DNA from: a virus
DNA length: 64,000 nt
IMG/VR virus record: IMGVR_UViG_3300014204_000170
Location: 9,717 to 73,716 of that record
Direction: 5' to 3' (one strand)
Below, in pieces: positions 56,727-64,000 of this stretch. A program made the translations under genes and the position numbers. Positions within the stretch are counted from its first letter, which is position 1; every line of letters starts with the position of its first letter. The notes beneath the pieces are model-generated. The model did no database searches, was not told where the DNA came from, and saw nothing but the letters and a program-made list of their open reading frames with translations.

Positions 56727-57596
56727 TTATTTTAATTGAATAAGAGGAACAGTACTCCCACCCATAACAGTTGTAGGATAATGTCCATCCCATTGTTTGA
56801 TTGCTTGTAACGCTACATAATCAGCACCACCTTGACTATTAACAGCCTGTGCTTGAATCTTAATGGCTTCTGCTTCACCTTTTGCTTGAGCAACCCTCTG
56901 TTGAGCTTTATATTCTTCAATAGCAAGATTATTTTTTTCAGTTAATGCGTTTTGTTCTGCAGTAACCTTAAGCTCAATTGCCTTAGAGTATGTTGTAGAA
57001 AATTGAAAGTTTGTAACTGAAAATCTTTCTAAAACTGCACTCTTCGCTGTAAATTGAGTTGCTAATGCTACATTTACCTTATCAGAAAATTCTGCACGTT
57101 TAGTTACCAATTCTTCTGCTGTATATTGAGCTGAAGTTGATTTGACTATTTCACGAATCATTGGTTCTACAACATTTGATTGATAGTTTTCTACTGAACT
57201 ATATTGAGAATAAATTTCCTGAACCTTTGTTGCATCTACATGATAGTTTACAACTACGCCAATTGATACATCCTGAAGGTCCTTGGAAGCTCCGAATAAA
57301 TTATCGGTAGCTACTTTGTTTTCTCCGCTATCTCCTGCTTTATCATAATTAATTGTTAATGTCTTAATTGACATTTTATGGACTTGTTCAACGATAGGCA
57401 TCTTAAAATAAAGACCTTGTTGAACAGTTCCTACTACAGCACCGAAACGAGTTTTAACACCCATTTCACCTGCGCTTATGTTACCCATTGAACCAAATAA
57501 TACACATAAGATTAATATTGCCAAAATAATGTGTCCTATAATCTTACCTAATTTAAAATCACCTTTTTCCTCGTCGTAATAATTGAATATTTTCAT
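56727..57596 (-). CDS. SPFH/band-7 (prohibitin/HflK-like) membrane protein
   Basis: N-terminal TM segment followed by an SPFH-like core (GEMGVKTRFGAVVGTVQQGLYFKMP...) and a coiled-coil tail. Confidence 0.6.
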   Translation of the reverse strand: MKIFNYYDEEKGDFKLGKIIGHIILAILILCVLFGSMGNISAGEMGVKTRFGAVVGTVQQGLYFKMPIVEQVHKMSIKTLTINYDKAGDSGENKVATDNLFGASKDLQDVSIGVVVNYHVDATKVQEIYSQYSSVENYQSNVVEPMIREIVKSTSAQYTAEELVTKRAEFSDKVNVALATQFTAKSAVLERFSVTNFQFSTTYSKAIELKVTAEQNALTEKNNLAIEEYKAQQRVAQAKGEAEAIKIQAQAVNSQGGADYVALQAIKQWDGHYPTTVMGGSTVPLIQLK

Positions 57597-57682
57597 ATTA
57601 TAATTTTTAATTTTTAATTTAATAATAAACTCCTAGTGTTTTTATATCACATATATTTAATATATTATTTAATAATAACTTA

Positions 57683-57711
57683 AGTGTATACCTATTCGAT
57701 TTACTTGTCAA
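57683..57711 (-). promoter_or_regulatory. consensus promoter TTGACA-17-TACACT (minus strand)
   Basis: Spacer AGTAAATCGAATAGGTA. Confidence 0.55.
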
Positions 57712-58366
57712 GTGATAACCCTAGATATTCCATATATTTATTATATTTTCTTTCCAATCTAAGATTTATTGAATCTTTATATACTAATTTTAAAAGTTTC
57801 AATGATTCTTTTGTGGAATACTTAACCAAAAAAGCTGTTCTGTTTTTTGTTAAATTTTTTAATCTTAATCCACTTAGTTCATTAATTTCTTTTTGTAAAC
57901 TTTTTAAAAAAGGAATAGAAGCACTAACAATTGAAACTCTTAAAAATGTATATGTTTTATTTTTATATTTATCTTGCTGTGTATAAACAGAACCATCCCC
58001 ATCAATAACTCCTCTTAAAAAATGAAAAAAATATTTTTTAGGGATTTTTAGCATTCTTACTATTTTACTTTTATTGGGTTTCAACCCTAATTGAATTAAC
58101 TTATTATAAATTTTCCTACTAGAAAGATACAATGTATATTGTATTTTAGTTCTATTTTTAGGTAAATACCCTTTAATAGGATATGTATTTTCAAGTTTTT
58201 GGGCAATTTTTTCTAATATTTCCTTATCTACACTTCCTATTTTCACTTCTCCATTCCTTTTAGAAATATTACCATCAGTTAAAATATATCCTAAAATATA
58301 GGCATTTTCTTTTGAAAAACTATTAAAAAACTCATCGTTTATTTTATATTTTCTTTTTGTATTCAT
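57701..58366 (-). CDS. LAGLIDADG homing endonuclease (free-standing, two-motif)
   Basis: LGYILTDGNI and LRGVIDGDGSV dodecapeptide motifs. Confidence 0.65.
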   Translation of the reverse strand: MNTKRKYKINDEFFNSFSKENAYILGYILTDGNISKRNGEVKIGSVDKEILEKIAQKLENTYPIKGYLPKNRTKIQYTLYLSSRKIYNKLIQLGLKPNKSKIVRMLKIPKKYFFHFLRGVIDGDGSVYTQQDKYKNKTYTFLRVSIVSASIPFLKSLQKEINELSGLRLKNLTKNRTAFLVKYSTKESLKLLKLVYKDSINLRLERKYNKYMEYLGLSLDK

Positions 58367-58417
58367 GGGTTACATTATATCATAGTTTGAAATGTAACGC
58401 AACCACACCAAAATTAA

Positions 58418-59119
58418 CTATCTTTTTTCGTAAATCCATTTAATTGTCTCAAACAAACTTTTAGGAATACCACAATCTGACCAGAAATTATCTTTTTTCA
58501 TATGATATATTTCACATTTTTTAGATTTTAAATAAAAATTATTAACAGAAGTAATTTCTATTTCCCCCCTAGTTGATGGTTTTAATGTTTTTATTAAATC
58601 AAACACATCGTTTGGATAAACATATAGACCAGTAACAACATCTCCCTTTTCTATATCCTTAGGTTTTTCAACGATTTTATCTCCAATTAAAACTCCAAAC
58701 CTTGAAGCTCCCTCCATTTGTTTTACTAAAATACTTGAATACCCGACTGGTGTAATTTTATTTAAAAATATATTATTTATATTATCATAAATATTATCTC
58801 CAAGAATAACCATAACATTATCATCACCAACAAAACATTCAGCCAATCCTAAAGCTTGAGCTATTCCACCTGCATTTTTTTGAACCTTGTATGTTATATT
58901 TACACCAAAATTCGAACCATCTTCTAAAAATTCAGCAATTTGCCCTATATGTTCTCCACCAGTTATAATCATGATATCCACAATACCAAAACTCTTTAGG
59001 GTATTTAATGGATACGTAATCATAGGTGTATTCAAAAGAGGTACCATATGTTTATTCATATATTTTGTAGCTGGTAATAAACGTGTTCCTTTCCCCCCAC
59101 AAAGTAAAACTCCTTTCAT
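58418..59119 (-). CDS. rmlA: glucose-1-phosphate thymidylyltransferase-like sugar nucleotidyltransferase
   Basis: LLCGGKGTRLLPAT (G-G-x-G-T-R-L) and VILGDNIY. Confidence 0.65.
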   Translation of the reverse strand: MKGVLLCGGKGTRLLPATKYMNKHMVPLLNTPMITYPLNTLKSFGIVDIMIITGGEHIGQIAEFLEDGSNFGVNITYKVQKNAGGIAQALGLAECFVGDDNVMVILGDNIYDNINNIFLNKITPVGYSSILVKQMEGASRFGVLIGDKIVEKPKDIEKGDVVTGLYVYPNDVFDLIKTLKPSTRGEIEITSVNNFYLKSKKCEIYHMKKDNFWSDCGIPKSLFETIKWIYEKR

Positions 59120-59237
59120 AAATTATTTTAAATTATTAATCTTGTAATATTTTATATTATACACCTTTTTATATACTTATCAAGTTATTTGCTTATTTTA
59201 AGGGTACTGTGTTATAATGTCTATATTAATAACTTAA

Positions 59238-59522
59238 ATGAAATTTTATATGGAAAATATATTTAGTACAAGAGATCTTTATTTAGCCGCAACATTAGTA
59301 ACCCTTAAGTTTTATCTTACTGGAATTGATTACTTAATGGAAGGAAATAAAAATAGTCCAATTGGATATTTTAAATTTGAAGATACCCCTGAAATTCAGG
59401 ACGCAAAAAGTCGTTATACACAAGGATTACTATCAATTGAACCAAAACAATTTGTAACGAATCTAAAAAGTTTGAAATCTGAAATTGTTAATATGTACAA
59501 CAACCCACACAAAAACATATAA
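59238..59522 (+). CDS. hypothetical protein
   Basis: 94-aa ORF after an extended -10 (TGTTATAAT at 59206-59214). Confidence 0.35.
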   Translation: MKFYMENIFSTRDLYLAATLVTLKFYLTGIDYLMEGNKNSPIGYFKFEDTPEIQDAKSRYTQGLLSIEPKQFVTNLKSLKSEIVNMYNNPHKNI

Positions 59523-59660
59523 TTTATAATGTATTTGTATCTTAAAAAAGAATGTCATGTTTTCGCTTGACATTCTTTTTTAATTTTGATAGGATGAAAT
59601 TAATCCCCTGTCGAAGAGGAGAAATTATGAAATTAGCTTATATGTTTTAGCCTGTCTATA

Positions 59661-60560
59661 TTGGTTGTTATAAGCGCTAATATAGAAGGACTAAAACAAA
59701 ATTATAATGATATGGCAAAATATAGAACAGTCAATACAAGGTTTTGGACAGATAATTTTATATCTGACCTAAACCCACTAGATAGATATTTATTCTTGTA
59801 TTTTATAACAAATGATCACACAAATATTATTGGAATTTATGAAGTTCCACTAAGAACTGTTTCATTTGAAACTGGCATAGAAGTTGATATGTTAAAGAAG
59901 ATGTTAGTACGCCTAAATGGAAAGGTTTTCTATGTTGATGGGTGGGTATTTGTTAAAAATTTTAAGAAATATCAAGCATATAGCAACCCAAGTGTTAAAA
60001 AAGGCATGGAAGTAGCATTAAATGATGTACCCGCCAAAATACTCAATAAAATCAATGGTTTGAGACACACTGTGACAGGACCCGACACACTGTCAGAGGA
60101 CCCGAGTAATATAGATATAGATATAGATATAGATTCTAATATAGATATAGACGTGCCCCCACTCAAGACCCCTACTGAAATAGCTAATAAGAAACACAAA
60201 GAAGAAAGCTTTGAAATTTTCTACGCAGCTTATCCTAGGAAGAAAGACAGGATAACTGCCAAAAGACGCTTTATGAATTTAAGCACAAAGCTATATCCTA
60301 AAATCATGGAAGCCTTAGAGTTAAACAAAAGATCTAAACAATGGCAAGATAAGGAATTTATTCCATTTCCATCTACTTGGTTAAATCAAAAAAGATGGGA
60401 AGATGAAGTTGAGGTTAGTAATATGGACCCAATGGAAGTAGAAGCGAGAGCCTTACTTAAACAATTTCCTTCCGACAATGATACGACAGCACAATTCCGT
60501 TTCTCTAAAAAGTACGGAAATCAAAATTTATTAAGATTTAAACACCTATTTAATTTATAA
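59661..60560 (+). CDS. replisome-organizer / replication-initiator-like protein
   Basis: N-terminal RFWTDNFISDLNPLDRYLFLYFITN resembles the phage replisome-organizer N-domain. Contains a DIDIDIDSNIDID repeat. Lies upstream of the primase-helicase. Confidence 0.35.
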   Translation: MVVISANIEGLKQNYNDMAKYRTVNTRFWTDNFISDLNPLDRYLFLYFITNDHTNIIGIYEVPLRTVSFETGIEVDMLKKMLVRLNGKVFYVDGWVFVKNFKKYQAYSNPSVKKGMEVALNDVPAKILNKINGLRHTVTGPDTLSEDPSNIDIDIDIDSNIDIDVPPLKTPTEIANKKHKEESFEIFYAAYPRKKDRITAKRRFMNLSTKLYPKIMEALELNKRSKQWQDKEFIPFPSTWLNQKRWEDEVEVSNMDPMEVEARALLKQFPSDNDTTAQFRFSKKYGNQNLLRFKHLFNL

Positions 60561-60561
60561 T

Positions 60562-62409
60562 ATGAAAAAACAAATATATGTGTTAATTGATGATAAAAAG
60601 AAACATGACGGAGCAAAAACATACTACGAATACAACGAAGAACTTTTCCAGGGAATGAACAAAGAAGGGTGGGGTGTATACTTCGCAGTTAATGACTTTG
60701 GTGAGAATCCAAGACAAGATCAATACTGCCAAAAACTACGTTACGTGTATGGTGATTTAGACATCGCAAAATCAGGTGATAATCAAACACGAGAAGAGAA
60801 AGATAGAAAGAAACAAATAGTTATAGATGCTTTAATTAAAAAATGTCCTCCTTCATTAATAATTGGAACCTCAAATGGCATTCAACCTCTTTGGAAGTTA
60901 AAAGATGGAGATCCAAGTAGAAAAGCAGAATATGTGAATGCAATTAAGGGGGTTATTGAGTGGAGCAAGGATTATGGGTGTAAGGCTGATAAGATTTACG
61001 ATATGGCTAGAATTTTAAGAAATCCTGGGTTTTTGCATATGAAGGAAGAGCCATATATGTGCAAGGTTATTTATACATCTGATAAAAAATATACTATAGC
61101 GGAACTTATAGAAAATTTTCCATATGTTGATGATACACCAGTTTATGTTGCACCTACGGTTGAGGCACACTTAAGTCCTATTGATATAGCAATGAATAAA
61201 ATAGATATAAAGGAAATTGTAGTTAATGCATATCAGCAAACTGGTAGAACAGCAGAATTTGATAGACAAGGACGATTGATTCTTGATGGTAGATTAACTG
61301 GTACATTCCAAGGTAAAAAAGATAGTAGGGATTATATTTCTTCCTCTTCCCATGAACCAATAAAAGGGAATCGAATAACTGTAGTTGCAGATATTCTTGG
61401 AATAAATAACAAAGAAGCTAGAAAGTGGATCTTAAAAGAATACAACATAAACTGGCAACAGGAAACAGCTAAACAAGTTGTATTTAAACCAACAATTCCA
61501 ACCAAGGATTATAAACTTAGATATACATGGGGAACACAAAATCTAGATGATAATTTCGCGATTATAAAAAGAAAAAGTTTTATAGTGTTAGCCGCGAAGC
61601 GTGGTAGTGGTAAAACAACATTCGCTTTTGACATGGCTTGTAAAAACGCGAGACTTGGTCATAGGGTATTATTCATATCACTTGAAATGGAGAAGGACCA
61701 CATCAAAGAAGACTTCGCTCGAAGACGTGCAGGTATTACGATTCCAGAAGAACGTGATTATAAAATTCCAAACTCAAAAAAGGTTTACTATGAAGAGAAA
61801 GTAAAAGAGATTGACAATATTGAAACATTGTTGTTCTCTGGTATACAACGAGGTAGTGATATTTCTTGGGATGGGATAAAACTATTAATTGCTGAACATA
61901 AAGATTTAGATTTAGTTTTTATTGATAACCTTGATTTGATTGATAAAAATGAAGGAGAAAAAGATGATTGGGATAAGCAAAAAAGAATTGTTAAAAGTAT
62001 TATGAATTTTACTTCTGATCAACAGGTTCCAATCGTTCTTATTCACCATTACAGAAAATCACCAGCAGGACAAAAGGGTGGAGGAATGGATGAGTTGTCT
62101 GGTAGTGGAAAAATTGCAGATAGTGCGGATTACATTGTTAAAATAAGTAGAAGTAGTGACACGGAAGCTTTATATCCTGAGAATTTACGTTCTAGTGTTT
62201 ATCTTCAAAAAGCTAGAGGATACAATGAATCAATGCAAGATGTTTTCTTTATTAAGGGAACTTTTGTTGATGACGCACCTGCTGAAAACAATCCAGCAAT
62301 AATTACACTAAATAAAGCATTTCCTGATAAAGGGGTCGAAATTAGAAAACCTTATAAAGAAGATAGTGATAGAGAAGAAGACATAACTGAAACCACACTA
62401 CCTTTTTAA
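60562..62409 (+). CDS. primase / DnaB-like replicative helicase fusion
   Basis: The C-terminal half has RecA/DnaB-type motifs: VLAAKRGSGKTTFAFDMA (Walker A), LFISLEME and VFIDNLDL (Walker B). Confidence 0.55.
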   Translation: MKKQIYVLIDDKKKHDGAKTYYEYNEELFQGMNKEGWGVYFAVNDFGENPRQDQYCQKLRYVYGDLDIAKSGDNQTREEKDRKKQIVIDALIKKCPPSLIIGTSNGIQPLWKLKDGDPSRKAEYVNAIKGVIEWSKDYGCKADKIYDMARILRNPGFLHMKEEPYMCKVIYTSDKKYTIAELIENFPYVDDTPVYVAPTVEAHLSPIDIAMNKIDIKEIVVNAYQQTGRTAEFDRQGRLILDGRLTGTFQGKKDSRDYISSSSHEPIKGNRITVVADILGINNKEARKWILKEYNINWQQETAKQVVFKPTIPTKDYKLRYTWGTQNLDDNFAIIKRKSFIVLAAKRGSGKTTFAFDMACKNARLGHRVLFISLEMEKDHIKEDFARRRAGITIPEERDYKIPNSKKVYYEEKVKEIDNIETLLFSGIQRGSDISWDGIKLLIAEHKDLDLVFIDNLDLIDKNEGEKDDWDKQKRIVKSIMNFTSDQQVPIVLIHHYRKSPAGQKGGGMDELSGSGKIADSADYIVKISRSSDTEALYPENLRSSVYLQKARGYNESMQDVFFIKGTFVDDAPAENNPAIITLNKAFPDKGVEIRKPYKEDSDREEDITETTLPF

Positions 62410-62414
62410 AATAT

Positions 62415-62654
62415 ATGAACGAATCAAAAATTAGAGAATTGTTCGAAGAAATAGATCCCGAAGGAAGAATTCCAGAAGGGAAAATAGATGAATTAATTTC
62501 AGTAATGAAAGACCAAGAAGAACATCCCCTTAAGGATGGTGACAAGGTTGGAGACGCAACTTTTAACACAATACATGAAGAAATTAAAAATGAACCAGAC
62601 TGGAGAAAACGTGCATCATTAGCAGCAAAAATTATATCTATGGGCTTAGAGTAA
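62415..62654 (+). CDS. hypothetical acidic protein
   Basis: 79-aa ORF. Confidence 0.35.
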   Translation: MNESKIRELFEEIDPEGRIPEGKIDELISVMKDQEEHPLKDGDKVGDATFNTIHEEIKNEPDWRKRASLAAKIISMGLE

Positions 62655-62661
62655 CTTATTA

Positions 62662-62690
62662 CTTGACAAGTTGAATCGATAGGTATATAC
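62662..62690 (+). promoter_or_regulatory. consensus promoter TTGACA-17-TATACT
   Basis: ACTTGACAAGT, spacer AGTTGAATCGATAGGTA, TATACT at 62685-62690. Confidence 0.6.
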
Positions 62691-62722
62691 TTAGGTTATT
62701 AATAGTTAAAAGAAAATATAAT

Positions 62723-63538
62723 ATGAAAAATTATTTTAAAAGATTATTTAGTAAGGAAGATAAAAAGGGGTTTATGTTTACAACTAGACATCTAGCAACA
62801 CAAACTGGGAATGGAGAATTTATTAGTAGAGAACCTCACCCTAGGTCTGAATTAAATTTTATAACTGTTGGTGATTTTACTGAGTCAGGAAACCAAACAG
62901 TTGGAAGCGCACCATTGCAATGGAGTTATGATACTACTGGAGGAACTAGTCAAAAAGAAGTAAAAAAGATTGATGAGAGAAAAGAAGTCCAACCAATTGA
63001 AGTATTTAACGAAATTAAAAAAGAAGGACTAGAACCAGATTTTTCTAAACTTGATGAAAAAATAACAGCTGTAGAAAATAGAATAAAAATTCTTAAAGAA
63101 CATTTAAAGGATGAACATCTTACTGATGAACATAAGGCATTATTCTTTTTAAAAAATAGAAGAACATATCTAAAAACAATGAAGAAAAATCCTCTTGATT
63201 GGGCTATGACAAACAGGGAAGCAATAGATGATCTTTGTAAAAGATATAAACTTCAAACAGTTCCACTTAAACAATATTACACATTAGTTCCAAATGATGG
63301 AGTAAAAGAAATGAGTAGGTATTCGAAAGCATACGAAGCAATCACAGGAGATAAACCAATTTTTGAATTAATCATTAAGGTTGAGGAATCAAAACCAGAA
63401 GAGAAAAAAGAGAGAACAAAAAAAGACAGAGATCCGATTTTAGTAGCAAATTCACCACTAGGAGATTTTATGTTTGTACTTGGAGCATGGGATGATGAAG
63501 TAGAATTTGTTGATGAAATAATCTATCAAGGGAAATAA
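62723..63538 (+). CDS. hypothetical protein
   Basis: 271-aa ORF downstream of a consensus promoter. Confidence 0.4.
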   Translation: MKNYFKRLFSKEDKKGFMFTTRHLATQTGNGEFISREPHPRSELNFITVGDFTESGNQTVGSAPLQWSYDTTGGTSQKEVKKIDERKEVQPIEVFNEIKKEGLEPDFSKLDEKITAVENRIKILKEHLKDEHLTDEHKALFFLKNRRTYLKTMKKNPLDWAMTNREAIDDLCKRYKLQTVPLKQYYTLVPNDGVKEMSRYSKAYEAITGDKPIFELIIKVEESKPEEKKERTKKDRDPILVANSPLGDFMFVLGAWDDEVEFVDEIIYQGK

Positions 63539-63539
63539 T

Positions 63540-63920
63540 ATGAATGGATTTTTAAAAACTTGGGAAGACGCTTCAGACACACTATCATGGTATTTTATTA
63601 AGAGGTACTTTGGTAAAATAGAGGAAGTCGAATACTATTGGATAGCAGAAGATGTAGGAGGTGTTTTAGCTGTTAATGATTATTTTTTTAGTATTGATGA
63701 TATTGTAAATTTTATTAAATATCACTATTCTAAGGATTTAATGTTTGAGTATTATGATTATGCTCTAGATTACCATTTACAAACAAAACACAAGTCAACT
63801 GATTACCCAATAAACATTAAAAATTATAAGGAATTAGAATCATGTCAAAGGGAAAGATTATTAAAAGGGAACCTAACTACGAAAAGTTCCAATTCGAAGA
63901 ACAAAAGGAAACTAACGTAG
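63540..63920 (+). CDS. hypothetical protein
   Basis: 126-aa ORF, translationally coupled. Confidence 0.4.
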   Translation: MNGFLKTWEDASDTLSWYFIKRYFGKIEEVEYYWIAEDVGGVLAVNDYFFSIDDIVNFIKYHYSKDLMFEYYDYALDYHLQTKHKSTDYPINIKNYKELESCQRERLLKGNLTTKSSNSKNKRKLT

Positions 63921-64000
63921 TTTTGTGGATAAATACAATATTCACAATCTTAACAGGAGTAGCAACATTAGTATTAGCAATCTTACAATTTTATAGAAAA

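Noticed and set aside
1-64000. Alternative genetic code (stop-codon reassignment with suppressor tRNAs)
   Set aside because: Long genes (1081, 722, 615, 555, 548 aa) are uninterrupted under the standard code. No tRNA with anticodon CTA, TTA or TCA was found in the array.
1-64000. Integrated prophage boundary, integrase or attachment site
   Set aside because: No integrase or recombinase and no host-like flanking genes were seen. The window looks like an internal stretch of a lytic-style phage genome.

Overview
AT-rich segment of a large tailed dsDNA phage (Caudoviricetes-like) genome. No integrase or host-type housekeeping genes were found. Genes sit in four alternating-strand blocks.

(1) 1-19665 (minus strand) is the virion morphogenesis and lysis module. 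In transcription order it holds a possible small terminase, the large terminase, the portal, small ORFs, a Vsr-like endonuclease, a scaffold-like protein, a putative major capsid protein, and further structural proteins that run off the window start. It also holds a lytic transglycosylase, a holin-like protein, a hydrolase with a peptidoglycan-binding domain, a 1081-aa tail protein, a glutaredoxin and a SAM methyltransferase.

(2) 20137-23967 (plus strand) is an array of about 25 tRNAs, interrupted by an HNH endonuclease gene. It is followed by small HNH and zinc-binding ORFs.

(3) 25000-43150 (plus strand) starts with an iteron-like, AT-rich region free of ORFs. After that comes an accessory block with two paralogous glutamine-synthetase-like amidoligases, a class-II (N-terminal cysteine) glutamine amidotransferase, a peptidase-C26 gamma-glutamyl hydrolase, an RtcB RNA ligase, HAD phosphatases, many zinc-ribbon proteins and an HExxH protein.

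(4) 43146-59119 (minus strand) encodes a DEDDh exonuclease, RmlB, an AAA+ ATPase, GroES/GroEL, an SNF2 helicase, a metallophosphoesterase, a HAD protein, a MazG-like protein, MetK, a P-loop kinase, AhcY, a type IV pilin-like protein, an SPFH protein, a LAGLIDADG endonuclease and RmlA.

(5) 59238-64000 (plus strand) holds replication genes (a replisome-organizer-like protein and a primase/DnaB-like helicase) and hypothetical proteins.

A near-consensus extended promoter (ACTTGACAAGT, a conserved 17-nt spacer, then TATACT) recurs at least 7 times. The amidoligase / amidotransferase / gamma-glutamyl hydrolase cluster, together with the RtcB and tRNA complement, is the best candidate for an undescribed phage-encoded small-molecule or peptide-ligation (and RNA-repair) system. 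All functional calls are from motif recognition by eye; no searches were run.
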